Origin: an uncultured bacterium
Lineage (GTDB): Bacteria; Patescibacteriota; Gracilibacteria; UBA1369; PNNO01
Direction: 5' to 3'
DNA length: 32,000 bases
Assembly (NCBI GenBank): GCA_963704705.1
Contig: OY969931.1
Coordinates: 210,001-242,000, forward strand
Below, in pieces: positions 9,906 through 19,637 of the stretch; within the stretch, counting starts at the first letter, position 1, and each line of letters opens with the position of its first letter. A program made the position numbers and the translations under genes. The notes below the pieces were generated by a model. The model made no database searches, was not told the origin of the DNA, and saw nothing but the letters and a program-made list of their open reading frames with translations.

Positions 9906-9942
9906 TATGCAAATTGTCAGAAAAAAGCTAGCTATTTGCATA
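9906..9942. promoter_or_regulatory. 9-bp perfect inverted repeat in the metK / glycosyltransferase divergent intergenic region
   Basis: TATGCAAAT (9906-9914) and ATTTGCATA (9934-9942) with a 19-nt spacer; half-site centres 28 bp apart. Confidence 0.4.
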
Positions 9943-9975
9943 CAGTACTTCCGGCATTTGTGTTAAAATTAAGCC

Positions 9976-11025
9976 ATGGTAATTAAGCTTCCTGAAATCT
10001 CAATTGTGATTGTTGGATATAAAGCGAAAAAGTACCTTGATGAATGCTTTAAATCAATCCAGCATCAAACAATTTTTAGCCCGAATAATGTCGAGGTTAT
10101 TTATATTGATAATGCTTCTTTTGATCAAAGCATTGCGCATATTCAGCGAAATTATAAATGGGTTAACACGGTTCGCAACATGAAAAATATTGGATTCGGA
10201 CCTGCTTTAAATCAGGGGATACGTTATGCATCGGGTGAATATGTTTTAGTAATGAATCCTGATGTTATTCTTGAGAAGGATTATCTTGAAAATGCTGTCA
10301 AAAAAATGCAGCACGACAGGCATATTGCAGCAATCATGGGTAAAATTTATCAATATGATTTTAATTCATCAGGTAAAACAGAATTTTTAGATAGTGTTGG
10401 GATACACGCTTATGTTGATCGCGAAATTTTGAGTGCGCGCGGTGCACCTGACGAAGGGCAGTTTGAAGACCCTTGTGAAATTTTTAGTGTAAGAAATATT
10501 TGTGCATTTTATAGAAAAAGCGCATTAGAAGATGCCCAGATGCTTGGAGAATATTTTGATGAGAATTTCTTTTTATATTTGGAAGATGTTGATTTGTGCT
10601 GGAGGCTGCACTTACTTGGCTGGAAAGTATATTATTTGCCATCACTGGTTAGTTTTCATTTTCGTGATACGTACAAAGATGCAACTCTTGAAAAATATAA
10701 AGCTATTGAAAGAAGACAATTTATAATAAATGAAAGATTAATGCTCGTGAAAAATGAATTTATATTTACAATGCTGCGCGATATCTATTCTTTGGCAAAA
10801 AAGCGTTTAATTAAAAGTTTTTTTAAAGAAGGTTGGATTTCGGGTTACTTTCAGTATTTAAAAATGCTTCCAAAAACATTGAGTTGGAGGCATACAATAA
10901 TGAAAAGAAAACGTGTTACCCGCTATGATATGCAAAAGTGGTTTGTGAAATCCGGCAGTAAAAAATACGATTTTTATAAATCAAAAAATTTACAAATATA
11001 TGCAAAGCTTCCTCCGACTTACTAA
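9976..11025 (+). CDS. Family 2 glycosyltransferase (rhamnosyltransferase-like)
   Basis: ISIVIVGYKAKKYLDECFKSI...VEVIYIDNASFDQS...GFGPALNQGIRYASGEYVLVMNPDVIL; ENFFLYLEDVDLCWRLHLLG. Confidence 0.9.
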   Translation: MVIKLPEISIVIVGYKAKKYLDECFKSIQHQTIFSPNNVEVIYIDNASFDQSIAHIQRNYKWVNTVRNMKNIGFGPALNQGIRYASGEYVLVMNPDVILEKDYLENAVKKMQHDRHIAAIMGKIYQYDFNSSGKTEFLDSVGIHAYVDREILSARGAPDEGQFEDPCEIFSVRNICAFYRKSALEDAQMLGEYFDENFFLYLEDVDLCWRLHLLGWKVYYLPSLVSFHFRDTYKDATLEKYKAIERRQFIINERLMLVKNEFIFTMLRDIYSLAKKRLIKSFFKEGWISGYFQYLKMLPKTLSWRHTIMKRKRVTRYDMQKWFVKSGSKKYDFYKSKNLQIYAKLPPTY

Positions 11026-12370
11026 TCAAAAAAAACCTTCGATTATAATTTTGCTGGTTTCTGACTTGCTATTTTTTTTCGCGAGTTTTTTATGTGCATA
11101 TTATTTTCGTAATTTTATTGCTGATCCTATTCAGCCGATACTTGTTTATATGCAGGCTTTGCCTGTGGCATTTTTAATTCTGATAATTGTTTTTTATTTT
11201 TTTGGACTGTATGAACAAAAAATTCGAATTGAAAGCATAAGTGAAATTTTCACTGTAATTAAAGGTATATTAATGACAGCTGTTTTGCTGATGGCTGTTT
11301 CTTTTTTATATAAATATGATTATTCACGCGGTTTTGTTTTGATTTTTGTTGGTTTTGCCATGGTTTTTTTGAATTCAGGCAGATATTTTGTGAGACTTTA
11401 TCAAAGATTACTTATTAAAAAAGGTAAAGGTATTAGTCGTATTTTGATATTGGGCGCAGGAAAGCCGGGTCGCCGTTTAGCTGAACAAATCGAGAAATTT
11501 AAAGATTTTGGTTACTTAATTGTTGGTTATGTTGATGATAAAGTTCGCAAAGACAGAGTTAATTTACTTGGCGGTATAAATGAGATTTCACAAATAATCA
11601 AAAAGTATAAAATAGATGTTGTTTACGTTTCGGATCCAACAATGGCTCACGAAAAAATGCTCGAACTAATGACAGAGTGCAGTGATTTAAATGTGCAGTT
11701 TAAACTGGTTTCATCATTATACGAAATTTTGGTCGGAAATATTAATATAAGTGAACTTGAGGGTATTCCTTCGATTGATGTGAAACCGCGAAAAGCTAAT
11801 TTTCTTTATCGATTAATCAAAAGAATAATTGATATCTTAGGATCTTTGATTCTGCTGATTTTATTTATGCCTTTTTGGCTGTTGATTGTTATTTTAATTC
11901 GGCTTGATTCAAAAGGTGCGGCACATTTTATTCATAAAAGAGTCGGGAAAGATGGAAAAGAATTTAATTTATATAAGTTTAGAACAATGAAAGGCACTGT
12001 TGGTGCATATCAAGTTGCGCCTTTAAAAGCCAGCGATGCGCGAATTACCAAGATTGGCAAATTTTTGCGAAAAACAAGTCTGGATGAACTTCCGCAATTA
12101 TTAAATGTTTTGAAAAATGATATGTCTTTGGTTGGGCCAAGACCCGAAATGCCTTTTATTGTTAAAAAATATTCAAAATGGCAAAGAAAGCGCCTTGAAG
12201 TTAAACCTGGGTTAACAGGGCTTTGGCAAATTTTGGGTAGAAAAGACCTGCCCCTTCATGAGAATATAGAATATGATTTTTATTATATACAAAACCAGTC
12301 TTTGCTTCTTGATCTTGTAATTTTGATTAAGACAGTATGGGCTGTAATAACCGCAAAAGGTGCATTTTAA
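11000..12370 (+). CDS. Polyprenyl glycosylphosphotransferase (bacterial sugar transferase; initiates surface polysaccharide synthesis)
   Basis: Multiple N-terminal TM helices; central RILILGAGKPGRRLAEQI; C-terminal KRIIDILGSLILLILFMPFWLLI...HKRVGKDGKEFNLYKFRTMKG...TSLDELPQLLNVLKNDMSLVGPRPEMP...KPGLTGLWQ. Confidence 0.93.
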   Translation: MQSFLRLTNQKKPSIIILLVSDLLFFFASFLCAYYFRNFIADPIQPILVYMQALPVAFLILIIVFYFFGLYEQKIRIESISEIFTVIKGILMTAVLLMAVSFLYKYDYSRGFVLIFVGFAMVFLNSGRYFVRLYQRLLIKKGKGISRILILGAGKPGRRLAEQIEKFKDFGYLIVGYVDDKVRKDRVNLLGGINEISQIIKKYKIDVVYVSDPTMAHEKMLELMTECSDLNVQFKLVSSLYEILVGNINISELEGIPSIDVKPRKANFLYRLIKRIIDILGSLILLILFMPFWLLIVILIRLDSKGAAHFIHKRVGKDGKEFNLYKFRTMKGTVGAYQVAPLKASDARITKIGKFLRKTSLDELPQLLNVLKNDMSLVGPRPEMPFIVKKYSKWQRKRLEVKPGLTGLWQILGRKDLPLHENIEYDFYYIQNQSLLLDLVILIKTVWAVITAKGAF

Positions 12371-12382
12371 TCTGTAAAAACC

Positions 12383-14341
12383 ATGAAAAAAAATATCAGT
12401 ACACGGCTTGAAAAAATAATAGAATGGCTAATTTATATCTCAGTAATTATTGTGCCGCTTATATTTTTACCGCAGGTTAATTCGGTTTTTGCAGCGCCAA
12501 AGCTTTATATTTTCAGGGTAATTACTTTACTTATTATTTTACTTTGGGGTGCGAAATGTTTATTTTCTGACAAAATTAGGTTTAAATTTCCAAAGTTTTT
12601 TTGGTTTGTAATTGCATATGCAGCAATATCGATAGTTAATACTTTTGTTACAGTAAATATTTTCACAAGTTTATTTGGAACTTATGGAAGATTTTTGGGA
12701 ATTTTTACCATAATCAATTTATTATTCTGGATTTACATAGTTTTTAGTTTTATAAATACACGCGAAAAAATCATTAAACTTATTTGGTATTCAGTGATAA
12801 CTTCTTTTGTTGTAGGGGTTTATGGACTGCTTCAATATTTTGATTTATTTGTGAATATTATCCCATGGACTATGGATCCGATGGACAGGGTCTTTAGTAC
12901 GATCGGACACAGTAATCATACAGCAGCATATCTTGGAATGAATTTAATGCTTATGTTTGCCTTAATTTTTAACGAGGATAATAAGAAAAGAAAGATTATG
13001 CTTTGTATCGGGTTTGCATTGATTGGATTAGTTCTAATTTTAACTGCAAGCCGCGGTGGTGTTTTTGCGGTAATAATTGCAGGTATTGTTTGGCTGGTAT
13101 TTATTTTAAAAAGCAAAAAATTATCCAAAAAAACATTTAAATTTACAATAATCGGATTAATTATAGGAGCGATTTTCGGCATTTTATTAAGCGGACCGAT
13201 TTCTAAAATTGGCGTGGTTGAAAGAACAACATCAACAATTACCTATGTTTTACAGGGTAATATGCCGGATAGGGTAAGCTGGTGGTTAAGTAGTTTTGAA
13301 ATGATAGCTGACAAACCTTTCCTTGGGCACGGACTATCAACTTTTAAAGATATCTACAATCAATATCGCCGTACTGATTATAGGCTGCCGGATGATTCTC
13401 AGGACAATATAACGCCTGAAACAGCACATAATGAATATTTAAATATCGCCGCAACTCAGGGGATAATCGGATTTTTGCTTTATGCAGCCATGATATTTGT
13501 TCTGTTGCGTTCAGCATATAAATATATTAAGAAAGCTAATCAACAAGACAAAATAATAGCACTTAGTTTATTAACAGCTTTATTGGTTTATTTGATCGAA
13601 GTGTTTATGAGTTTTGGCACGGTATGTACACTATTTATTTTTTACACAATAATTGGCTTACTTGTGGCATATATTAATATTGAAAATAATTCCGAACTGG
13701 TATTAAAAAGGTTTATTTTATTTATAAAAGCAATTTTCATTATAGTTGTAATTTTTATTTTTGTTTTAGGTAATTATGGTGCCTTCAGGGTTATTGAGGC
13801 AGAATATTATTTTGAACAAGCAAATCATTATCAGTTAACCGGAGATTTTGAAAATGCTATTAACTCATATGATAAAACAGTAGAAATTCAGGGGCATGTT
13901 CCTAAATATTATGAAGAATATGCTAATTTTATCTTTGAATTTGCAATAAATTTACCTGAGCAGGCACAGGTAAATTATTTAAAAAATGCAGTCAATTTAT
14001 ATGCAAATGCAATAAAAATTAATAATAATTATCCAAACATACTTATGAATCAGGCCTTGGTTTATTCAAGATTAGTGGATTTATACAGGAACGATTCTGA
14101 TAATTACGAAAAATATAAATTCCTCTCAATTGAGGTAATGAAAGTAGTTATGGAGAAAATGAAAAATAATCCTTATTATGTTTATAAATTTGCAATAACT
14201 TTAAAATTTTATAAGCAGTACGAAGATGCCCTTGGACAATTTATTTTAGTAAAAGAAATAAGAAACCATTATCTGGATACTGATGAAAAAATTAAAGAAC
14301 TACAATATTTAATTTCTTCTGGCGAGCAAACTACAGAATAA
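12383..14341 (+). CDS. O-antigen ligase/polymerase-like membrane protein with TPR-like C-terminus
   Basis: 652 aa, many TM segments, LYGTYGRFLGIFTI, DRVFSTIGHSNHTAAYLGMNLML, SRGGVFAVIIAGIVWL, FLGHGLSTFKDIYNQYRRTDY...TAHNEYLNIAATQGIIGFLLY; TPR-like helices in the last ~200 aa. Confidence 0.85.
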   Translation: MKKNISTRLEKIIEWLIYISVIIVPLIFLPQVNSVFAAPKLYIFRVITLLIILLWGAKCLFSDKIRFKFPKFFWFVIAYAAISIVNTFVTVNIFTSLFGTYGRFLGIFTIINLLFWIYIVFSFINTREKIIKLIWYSVITSFVVGVYGLLQYFDLFVNIIPWTMDPMDRVFSTIGHSNHTAAYLGMNLMLMFALIFNEDNKKRKIMLCIGFALIGLVLILTASRGGVFAVIIAGIVWLVFILKSKKLSKKTFKFTIIGLIIGAIFGILLSGPISKIGVVERTTSTITYVLQGNMPDRVSWWLSSFEMIADKPFLGHGLSTFKDIYNQYRRTDYRLPDDSQDNITPETAHNEYLNIAATQGIIGFLLYAAMIFVLLRSAYKYIKKANQQDKIIALSLLTALLVYLIEVFMSFGTVCTLFIFYTIIGLLVAYINIENNSELVLKRFILFIKAIFIIVVIFIFVLGNYGAFRVIEAEYYFEQANHYQLTGDFENAINSYDKTVEIQGHVPKYYEEYANFIFEFAINLPEQAQVNYLKNAVNLYANAIKINNNYPNILMNQALVYSRLVDLYRNDSDNYEKYKFLSIEVMKVVMEKMKNNPYYVYKFAITLKFYKQYEDALGQFILVKEIRNHYLDTDEKIKELQYLISSGEQTTE

Positions 14342-15436
14342 TGCAGTAATCGGGATAGCCAGTAACAACCCGAAACTGCCGCTTATTGATCGTACAATTT
14401 CAGCTGCCATAAAGTCGAAGTTTATTACCTGGAGTGCAGCAAAATTGTTTAAATAGAAAAGCATTAATAATGGGAATGCGCTTCCGACATATGCAAGTAT
14501 CAATGTATTGCTCATTGTTCCCATAATATCTTTACCAACATTCATTCCTGATTTAAATAATTCTTTTGGGCCCAGGTTAGGGTTGGCTTGTGCTATTTCA
14601 TTTACAGCTGACGATATTGACATTCCAACATCCATAACAGCACCCAAAGCACCAATTACAATGCTGGCAAAAAAGATATTACCAAAATCAAGATCAGGTC
14701 TGTTTATATATAAAACACGTGCGTCTTCACCTGATAATCCTGTTAACACACTAATTTTGCCTACGATATAAGCTATAAGCGCAGCGAATAACAAACCTCC
14801 GATTGTGCCCAATATCGCACTGAGTGCTTTTTTGGTGAATCCGCTAATTATTAGAATTGTTGCAAATGTTACAGCAATACTGATAATTATTGAAAGCAGC
14901 AATGGGTTTGCTCCCTGAATAGAATAGGGAATTAAAATTAAAAATATTGCTCCAACAGTTATAATTAAACTTATTAAAGCTCTTAAACCTTTCCATTTCC
15001 CCAAAACTATAATTGCAATCATAAAGAGTACAACAAAAATTATCATTGCGTTGCTTCTTGCATAGTCAGTTGCAAATCCTTCATAAGTCCCATCTTCATA
15101 TTGTTTTAAAAGCACTATAACATGGTCACCTTTTTTCAAATCTAAGTCAAAAATTCTGCCTTCAATCTCATTTTTAGAAGAAAAGATTACACCTTTATTT
15201 GGGCCTTCCAGAATTTCGTAAGTAACGTCCTGAATTCTTGAATATTGAGGGTCCGGTTTATTTGGATCATATGATGGATTCGATTCATCAATTTGAATTT
15301 TTTGTTCATGAACTTCGCTAACCTTTGCGTTTACATAATCCTGATATACAGGGTCAGCAGGTGGCGCTTTATCTGCCGCACAAACTGTTTGTGTGAAGCT
15401 TAAAAATAAAAGCGCTGCTGTAAGTAATTTTTTCAT
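14309..15436 (-). CDS. YibE/F family membrane protein
   Basis: MKKLLTAALLFLSFTQTVCAADK signal peptide, then VIVLLKQYEDGTYEGFATDYARSNAM and a multi-TM C-terminus containing FFASIVIGALGAVMDVGMSISSAVNEI. Start trimmed from 15463 to the signal-peptide Met. Confidence 0.87.
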   Translation of the reverse strand: MKKLLTAALLFLSFTQTVCAADKAPPADPVYQDYVNAKVSEVHEQKIQIDESNPSYDPNKPDPQYSRIQDVTYEILEGPNKGVIFSSKNEIEGRIFDLDLKKGDHVIVLLKQYEDGTYEGFATDYARSNAMIIFVVLFMIAIIVLGKWKGLRALISLIITVGAIFLILIPYSIQGANPLLLSIIISIAVTFATILIISGFTKKALSAILGTIGGLLFAALIAYIVGKISVLTGLSGEDARVLYINRPDLDFGNIFFASIVIGALGAVMDVGMSISSAVNEIAQANPNLGPKELFKSGMNVGKDIMGTMSNTLILAYVGSAFPLLMLFYLNNFAALQVINFDFMAAEIVRSISGSFGLLLAIPITALFCSLLARRN

Positions 15437-15477
15437 GATATATAATAGTAAAGCAGGTTGCATTTTAATCCATTTTA

Positions 15478-16380
15478 ATGAATAAAGAAATTAAAAAATT
15501 TGCAAAGGAACTTGGCTTCGATTTGTTTCGAATAATTGATGCGAATCCATTGCCAGAAGAAGCTGATCGTTTAAGAATATGGCTTAATAGAGGGTTTGAG
15601 GGTGATATGGATTATCTTGATAAAGACCCCCAAAAACGTACTGATCCTCAAAAAATCCTACCAGAAGCAAAATCAATAATTTGCCTTGGGATGAATTATT
15701 ATCAAAAAGTAGATCCTGCCAGCAATTGCAAGGTTGCACGTTACGCTTTTGGAAAGGATTATCACAAAGTCATAGAAAAAAAACTTAAAAAGATACGCCA
15801 ATTTATAATTGAAAAAACAGATGCAACAAAGCAGGATTTTAAATTATACTCTGATGCCGGCCCGTTTTTAGAACGTGCTTTTGCTGCAAAAGCCGGATTG
15901 GGATTCATTGGAAAGAATACAACTTTGATTACACCAGAATTCGGCTCATGGGTATTTTTAGCGGAAATTATTACAACTCTCGAACTTGAAATCGACCCTC
16001 CAATACAAAAATTTATTGGTGCTTGCGGAAGCTGCGATCGCTGTATAAAGGCATGTCCGACAAAAGCTCTTAATAAACCATATGAACTTGATGCCCGTAA
16101 ATGTATTTCGTATCAAACAATCGAAAACAAAGGCGAATTAACGGCCGACATTAGAGATCGCGCTTTTGGCTGCGATATATGTCAGGAAGTGTGTCCGCAC
16201 AATTGTCGTGCAATAATTACAAAATCACAGGATTTTTTAAATCATATTGCGGGTCCGAGCTTAAATCCAAATGAAATAAATCAAATGACACAGCAAGAAT
16301 TCGATCAAAAATTTACAGGCTCGCCATTAAAGCGCGCAGGTTTAAAAAACCTTAAAAGAAACATACAAAATATGATATGA
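15478..16380 (+). CDS. queG: Epoxyqueuosine reductase QueG
   Basis: RTDPQKILPEAKSIICLGMNYY; GLGFIGKNTTLITPEFGSWVFLAEI; two [4Fe-4S] motifs CGSCDRCIKACPTKAL and CDICQEVCPHN. Confidence 0.93.
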   Translation: MNKEIKKFAKELGFDLFRIIDANPLPEEADRLRIWLNRGFEGDMDYLDKDPQKRTDPQKILPEAKSIICLGMNYYQKVDPASNCKVARYAFGKDYHKVIEKKLKKIRQFIIEKTDATKQDFKLYSDAGPFLERAFAAKAGLGFIGKNTTLITPEFGSWVFLAEIITTLELEIDPPIQKFIGACGSCDRCIKACPTKALNKPYELDARKCISYQTIENKGELTADIRDRAFGCDICQEVCPHNCRAIITKSQDFLNHIAGPSLNPNEINQMTQQEFDQKFTGSPLKRAGLKNLKRNIQNMI

Positions 16381-16407
16381 TCATCCCAGTGAATTAACTT
16401 ATTAATT

Positions 16408-16785
16408 ATGAAACGTTCTTTTGTTTATATTGGAAATATATTTGGAATTATAATCGGTCTTATTGGGCTTGAAGCGCCTTATTTATATGGCGGAGTTATT
16501 GCTGTCGGATTAGGCTCTCTTTTGGATCCTGCACTTTTACAACCTTTGTATATTGGCCTTATGGTTCTTGCTGTTGTTGGTCAGTTTTATAAAGTAAAGG
16601 AAAGTATGGCATTTATGCCCTTGATACTACAGGCAGTTATTGGAATTGTTTCATTTATTTTTATATTTCCTGTTCGAATAGACATTGTTGGATATCTTGG
16701 AATTTTAGGTTTGATTTATATTCTTGTTTGGCCTTTTATAAGCAAACAACTTAATAAAAGGAAAGTAGTAAAAATTAAAGCTTAA
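16408..16785 (+). CDS. Small polytopic membrane protein (about 4 TM), unknown function
   Basis: 125 aa, strongly hydrophobic, ends in a basic tail (KQLNKRKVVKIKA). Stop is 2 nt before the amrS start. Confidence 0.75.
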   Translation: MKRSFVYIGNIFGIIIGLIGLEAPYLYGGVIAVGLGSLLDPALLQPLYIGLMVLAVVGQFYKVKESMAFMPLILQAVIGIVSFIFIFPVRIDIVGYLGILGLIYILVWPFISKQLNKRKVVKIKA

Positions 16786-16787
16786 AG

Positions 16788-17804
16788 ATGCATAAATGCA
16801 TTCTTTACAAAAAAAAGGATGAAAAAAAAGTGGAGTGTCAGGCATGTAATTGGTATTGTAATATTCCAGACGGCTTAACGGGCATTTGCGGTGTAAGGCA
16901 AAATAAAGGCGGGGATTTGTATTTGCTTGTTTATGGTAAAGCGATTGCGGTCCATGTGGATAATGTTGAAAAAAAGCCATTATTTCATTTCTTGCCAGGC
17001 ACAAAAATTTTTAGTTTTGGAACAATTGGCTGCAATTTTCATTGTTTGTTTTGTCAGAATTGGGATATTTCGCAGGTTCGTTTAAAAAATGAAAGCGAGG
17101 TTACTGGAGAAGATTTATCACCTAAAGAAGCGGTTAAATATTGTCTGGAAAATGATATACCTTCTATTGCCTACACATATAACGAGCCAGCCATATTTTT
17201 TGAATATGCTTATGACACAGCAAAGCTCGCGCACAAGCATGGTATTAAAAATGTTTTTGTTTCAAATGGATATGAATCAAAAGAGGCTTTGAAAAAAATT
17301 CATCCTTATCTTGATGCTATAAATATCGATCTAAAAGGTTTTACTAAAGAATTTTATCAGGATATTTGCAGTGCAAAGCTTGAGCCTGTTCTTGAAAACA
17401 TCAAAAGAACTTATGAAATGGGAATCTGGCTTGAAGTAACGACTCTTGTGATTCCGGGCAAAAACGATTCCGATGAAGAACTTACAAAAATTGCAGAATT
17501 TATAGCTGGGGTTTCAAAAGAAATTCCCTGGCATGTAACAGCTTTTTATCCACAATATAAAATGATGGACACGCCTCCGACTTCATCTGAAACATTGGAA
17601 AGAGCTTATAAAATAGGCAAGAAAGCAGGATTAAATTATGTTTATACAGGTAATATCCCTGGCATGGAAGCGGAAAGCACGCATTGCCCGAAGTGCAAAG
17701 AAATAATTATTAAACGTTTTGGTCTTGATTGCGAATCGTGTAATGTTGATAAAGAAGGTAAATGTAAAAATTGTAAAACTAAAATCCCAGGTGTATGGAA
17801 ATAA
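16788..17804 (+). CDS. amrS: AmmeMemoRadiSam system radical SAM enzyme
   Basis: CQACNWYCNIPDGLTGICGVRQNKGG; radical SAM motif CNFHCLFCQNWD (CxxxCxxC); YTYNEPAIFFEYAYDTA; WLEVTTLVIPGKNDSDEEL; C-terminal CxxC ribbon. Confidence 0.95.
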   Translation: MHKCILYKKKDEKKVECQACNWYCNIPDGLTGICGVRQNKGGDLYLLVYGKAIAVHVDNVEKKPLFHFLPGTKIFSFGTIGCNFHCLFCQNWDISQVRLKNESEVTGEDLSPKEAVKYCLENDIPSIAYTYNEPAIFFEYAYDTAKLAHKHGIKNVFVSNGYESKEALKKIHPYLDAINIDLKGFTKEFYQDICSAKLEPVLENIKRTYEMGIWLEVTTLVIPGKNDSDEELTKIAEFIAGVSKEIPWHVTAFYPQYKMMDTPPTSSETLERAYKIGKKAGLNYVYTGNIPGMEAESTHCPKCKEIIIKRFGLDCESCNVDKEGKCKNCKTKIPGVWK

Positions 17805-18568
17805 CAAGAAAACCAGCAGTAGCAGATGCGTTTTATCCGGCTGATCCGAAAATATTGGGTCGAATGATAGATGACTATTTGGATGATTGTGCAAAGCCAG
17901 ATATTAAAGGTGAAATAAAGGCAATTATTGTGCCGCATGCAGGATATGTTTATTCGGGGGTTGTTGCAGCAGCAGGTTATAATTTAATAAAAAATCATCC
18001 TGCTAAAAAAGTTTTATTAATTGGGCCTTCACATTATGTTTTGTTTAAGGGCGCTGCTGTGCCGGAATCAACAATCTGGCAAATGCCTTTTGGGAATATC
18101 AATGTTCAGCGGCTTCCCACCAGCACACTTATAGTAGAAGATGAAGCCCCATTTGTTGAGGAGCATTCATTGGAAGTGCAGGTGCCTTTTTTGCAAAGGG
18201 TGATGGGGGATTTTGAGCTTTATCCTTTGTGTTTGGGTGATGTTAACTCGCAAGCTTTGGCAAATGAGCTTAAAGATTTTGCGCAGCGCGATGATGTTTT
18301 GATAGTTGTTAGCTCTGATTTAAGCCATTTTTATACTTATACTGAAGCCAATGATTTGGATAAACGTGCAAATGAATTTCTTCCAAAGCTCGATATTGAA
18401 AATGCCCGCAATGTTGAAGCGTGCGGAATAAAAGGAATCATGACTTTGCTTCATTTGGCTAAAATGTTTGGTCTAAAAGGTTACTTTATTGATTATAAAA
18501 ATTCCGGTGACACAGCCGGTGAAAAAAGCCGTGTTGTTGGCTATGGATGTTATGCTTTTACAAAATAA
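17795..18568 (+). CDS. amrB: AmmeMemoRadiSam system protein B (MEMO1 family)
   Basis: RKPAVADAFYPADP; IIVPHAGYVYSGVVAAAGY; LLIGPSH; EEHSLEVQVPFLQ; VSSDLSHF. Overlaps amrS by 10 nt. Confidence 0.95.
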   Translation: MEITRKPAVADAFYPADPKILGRMIDDYLDDCAKPDIKGEIKAIIVPHAGYVYSGVVAAAGYNLIKNHPAKKVLLIGPSHYVLFKGAAVPESTIWQMPFGNINVQRLPTSTLIVEDEAPFVEEHSLEVQVPFLQRVMGDFELYPLCLGDVNSQALANELKDFAQRDDVLIVVSSDLSHFYTYTEANDLDKRANEFLPKLDIENARNVEACGIKGIMTLLHLAKMFGLKGYFIDYKNSGDTAGEKSRVVGYGCYAFTK

Positions 18569-18571
18569 ATC

Positions 18572-19096
18572 ATGGAAAAAATTCAGCAATATAAATTAAA
18601 GGAACTTGCCCATAACACAATTGCAGCCGAACTTGGCGTTGAAGAATTAAAAGATTGGAAATTTGAAGAACCTGAATTTAATGAGAAGCGCGGAGTTTTT
18701 GTAACTCTTGATATTGAAGGTTCACTTCGCGGTTGTATTGGCAATATCGAACCTGTTTATCCTTTGTGGGAAGCTGTTAAACGCAATGCTTACGAGGCCG
18801 CGTTTGGAGATCCAAGATTTTCGCCACTTACTGAAGATGAATTTGAGATGATCGATATTGAGATTTCGATTTTGACTGTTCCGGAGCTGTCGTCGGTAGA
18901 CAAAATCCGTCCCGGGACGGATGGAGTAGTCATTGAACAGGGAGGCTACAAAGCAACTTATTTGCCCCAAGTGTGGGAAGACATTCCAAATATGGAGGAT
19001 TTTTTGTCGAGTCTTTGCATGAAGGCTGGTTTGGATTCTGGCGCTTGGCACGATGAAGAAACCAAGGTTTATACTTATCAGGTTGAGAAGTTTTAA
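18572..19096 (+). CDS. amrA: AmmeMemoRadiSam system protein A (AMMECR1 family)
   Basis: RGVFVTLDIEGSLRGCIGNIEPVYPLWEAVKRNAYEAAFGDPRFSPLTEDEFEMIDIEISILTVP...LPQVWEDIPNMEDFLSSLCMKAGL. Confidence 0.95.
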   Translation: MEKIQQYKLKELAHNTIAAELGVEELKDWKFEEPEFNEKRGVFVTLDIEGSLRGCIGNIEPVYPLWEAVKRNAYEAAFGDPRFSPLTEDEFEMIDIEISILTVPELSSVDKIRPGTDGVVIEQGGYKATYLPQVWEDIPNMEDFLSSLCMKAGLDSGAWHDEETKVYTYQVEKF

Positions 19097-19620
19097 GTCA
19101 ATTTATCCTTACCTTTATTAGCAGCTCTTGCCAGTACGAATAATAAATCAGAGAGTCTATTTAGATATGGCAGAGTATTTTCGAATAAATGCTGATTTTC
19201 TGACAGTTTTACACAAGTTCTTTCTGCACGGCGGCAAACAGTTCGTGCCATGTGGATTGAGCAGGCTGATTTTGTTCCTCCCGGGAGGAGAAATTGATGT
19301 AATTTTGGCAGTCCTTTGCTGAATTTATCAATTATTTTTTCTAAATCACGCACTTTACCTAAATCAAATTTTGGTAGAACTTCATGGAGATCTTTTTTAT
19401 ATGTTGCAACATGTGATCCCAAAATAAACAAATCGCGCTGAACCGACTCTAACACCTTTTTTATAAGCCTTGATCTCGTAATTGCAATCGCAAACCCGAT
19501 TGCTGAGCTTAATTCATCAATATCGCCATAGGCTGCAACACGCAACGAACTTTTGCTAACTTTTTCGCCGTCGCATAAAGAAGTTTTGCCTTTGTCTCCT
19601 GTTTTGGTGTATATTTTCAT
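19093..19620 (-). CDS. pduO: PduO-type ATP:cob(I)alamin adenosyltransferase
   Basis: MKIYTKTGDKGKTSLCDGEKVSKSSLRVAAYGDIDELSS...FLLPGGTKSACSIHMARTVCRRAERTCV...YLNRLSDLLFVLARAAN. Confidence 0.93.
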   Translation of the reverse strand: MKIYTKTGDKGKTSLCDGEKVSKSSLRVAAYGDIDELSSAIGFAIAITRSRLIKKVLESVQRDLFILGSHVATYKKDLHEVLPKFDLGKVRDLEKIIDKFSKGLPKLHQFLLPGGTKSACSIHMARTVCRRAERTCVKLSENQHLFENTLPYLNRLSDLLFVLARAANKGKDKLT

Positions 19621-19637
19621 ACCAAAATGTTAAAATA

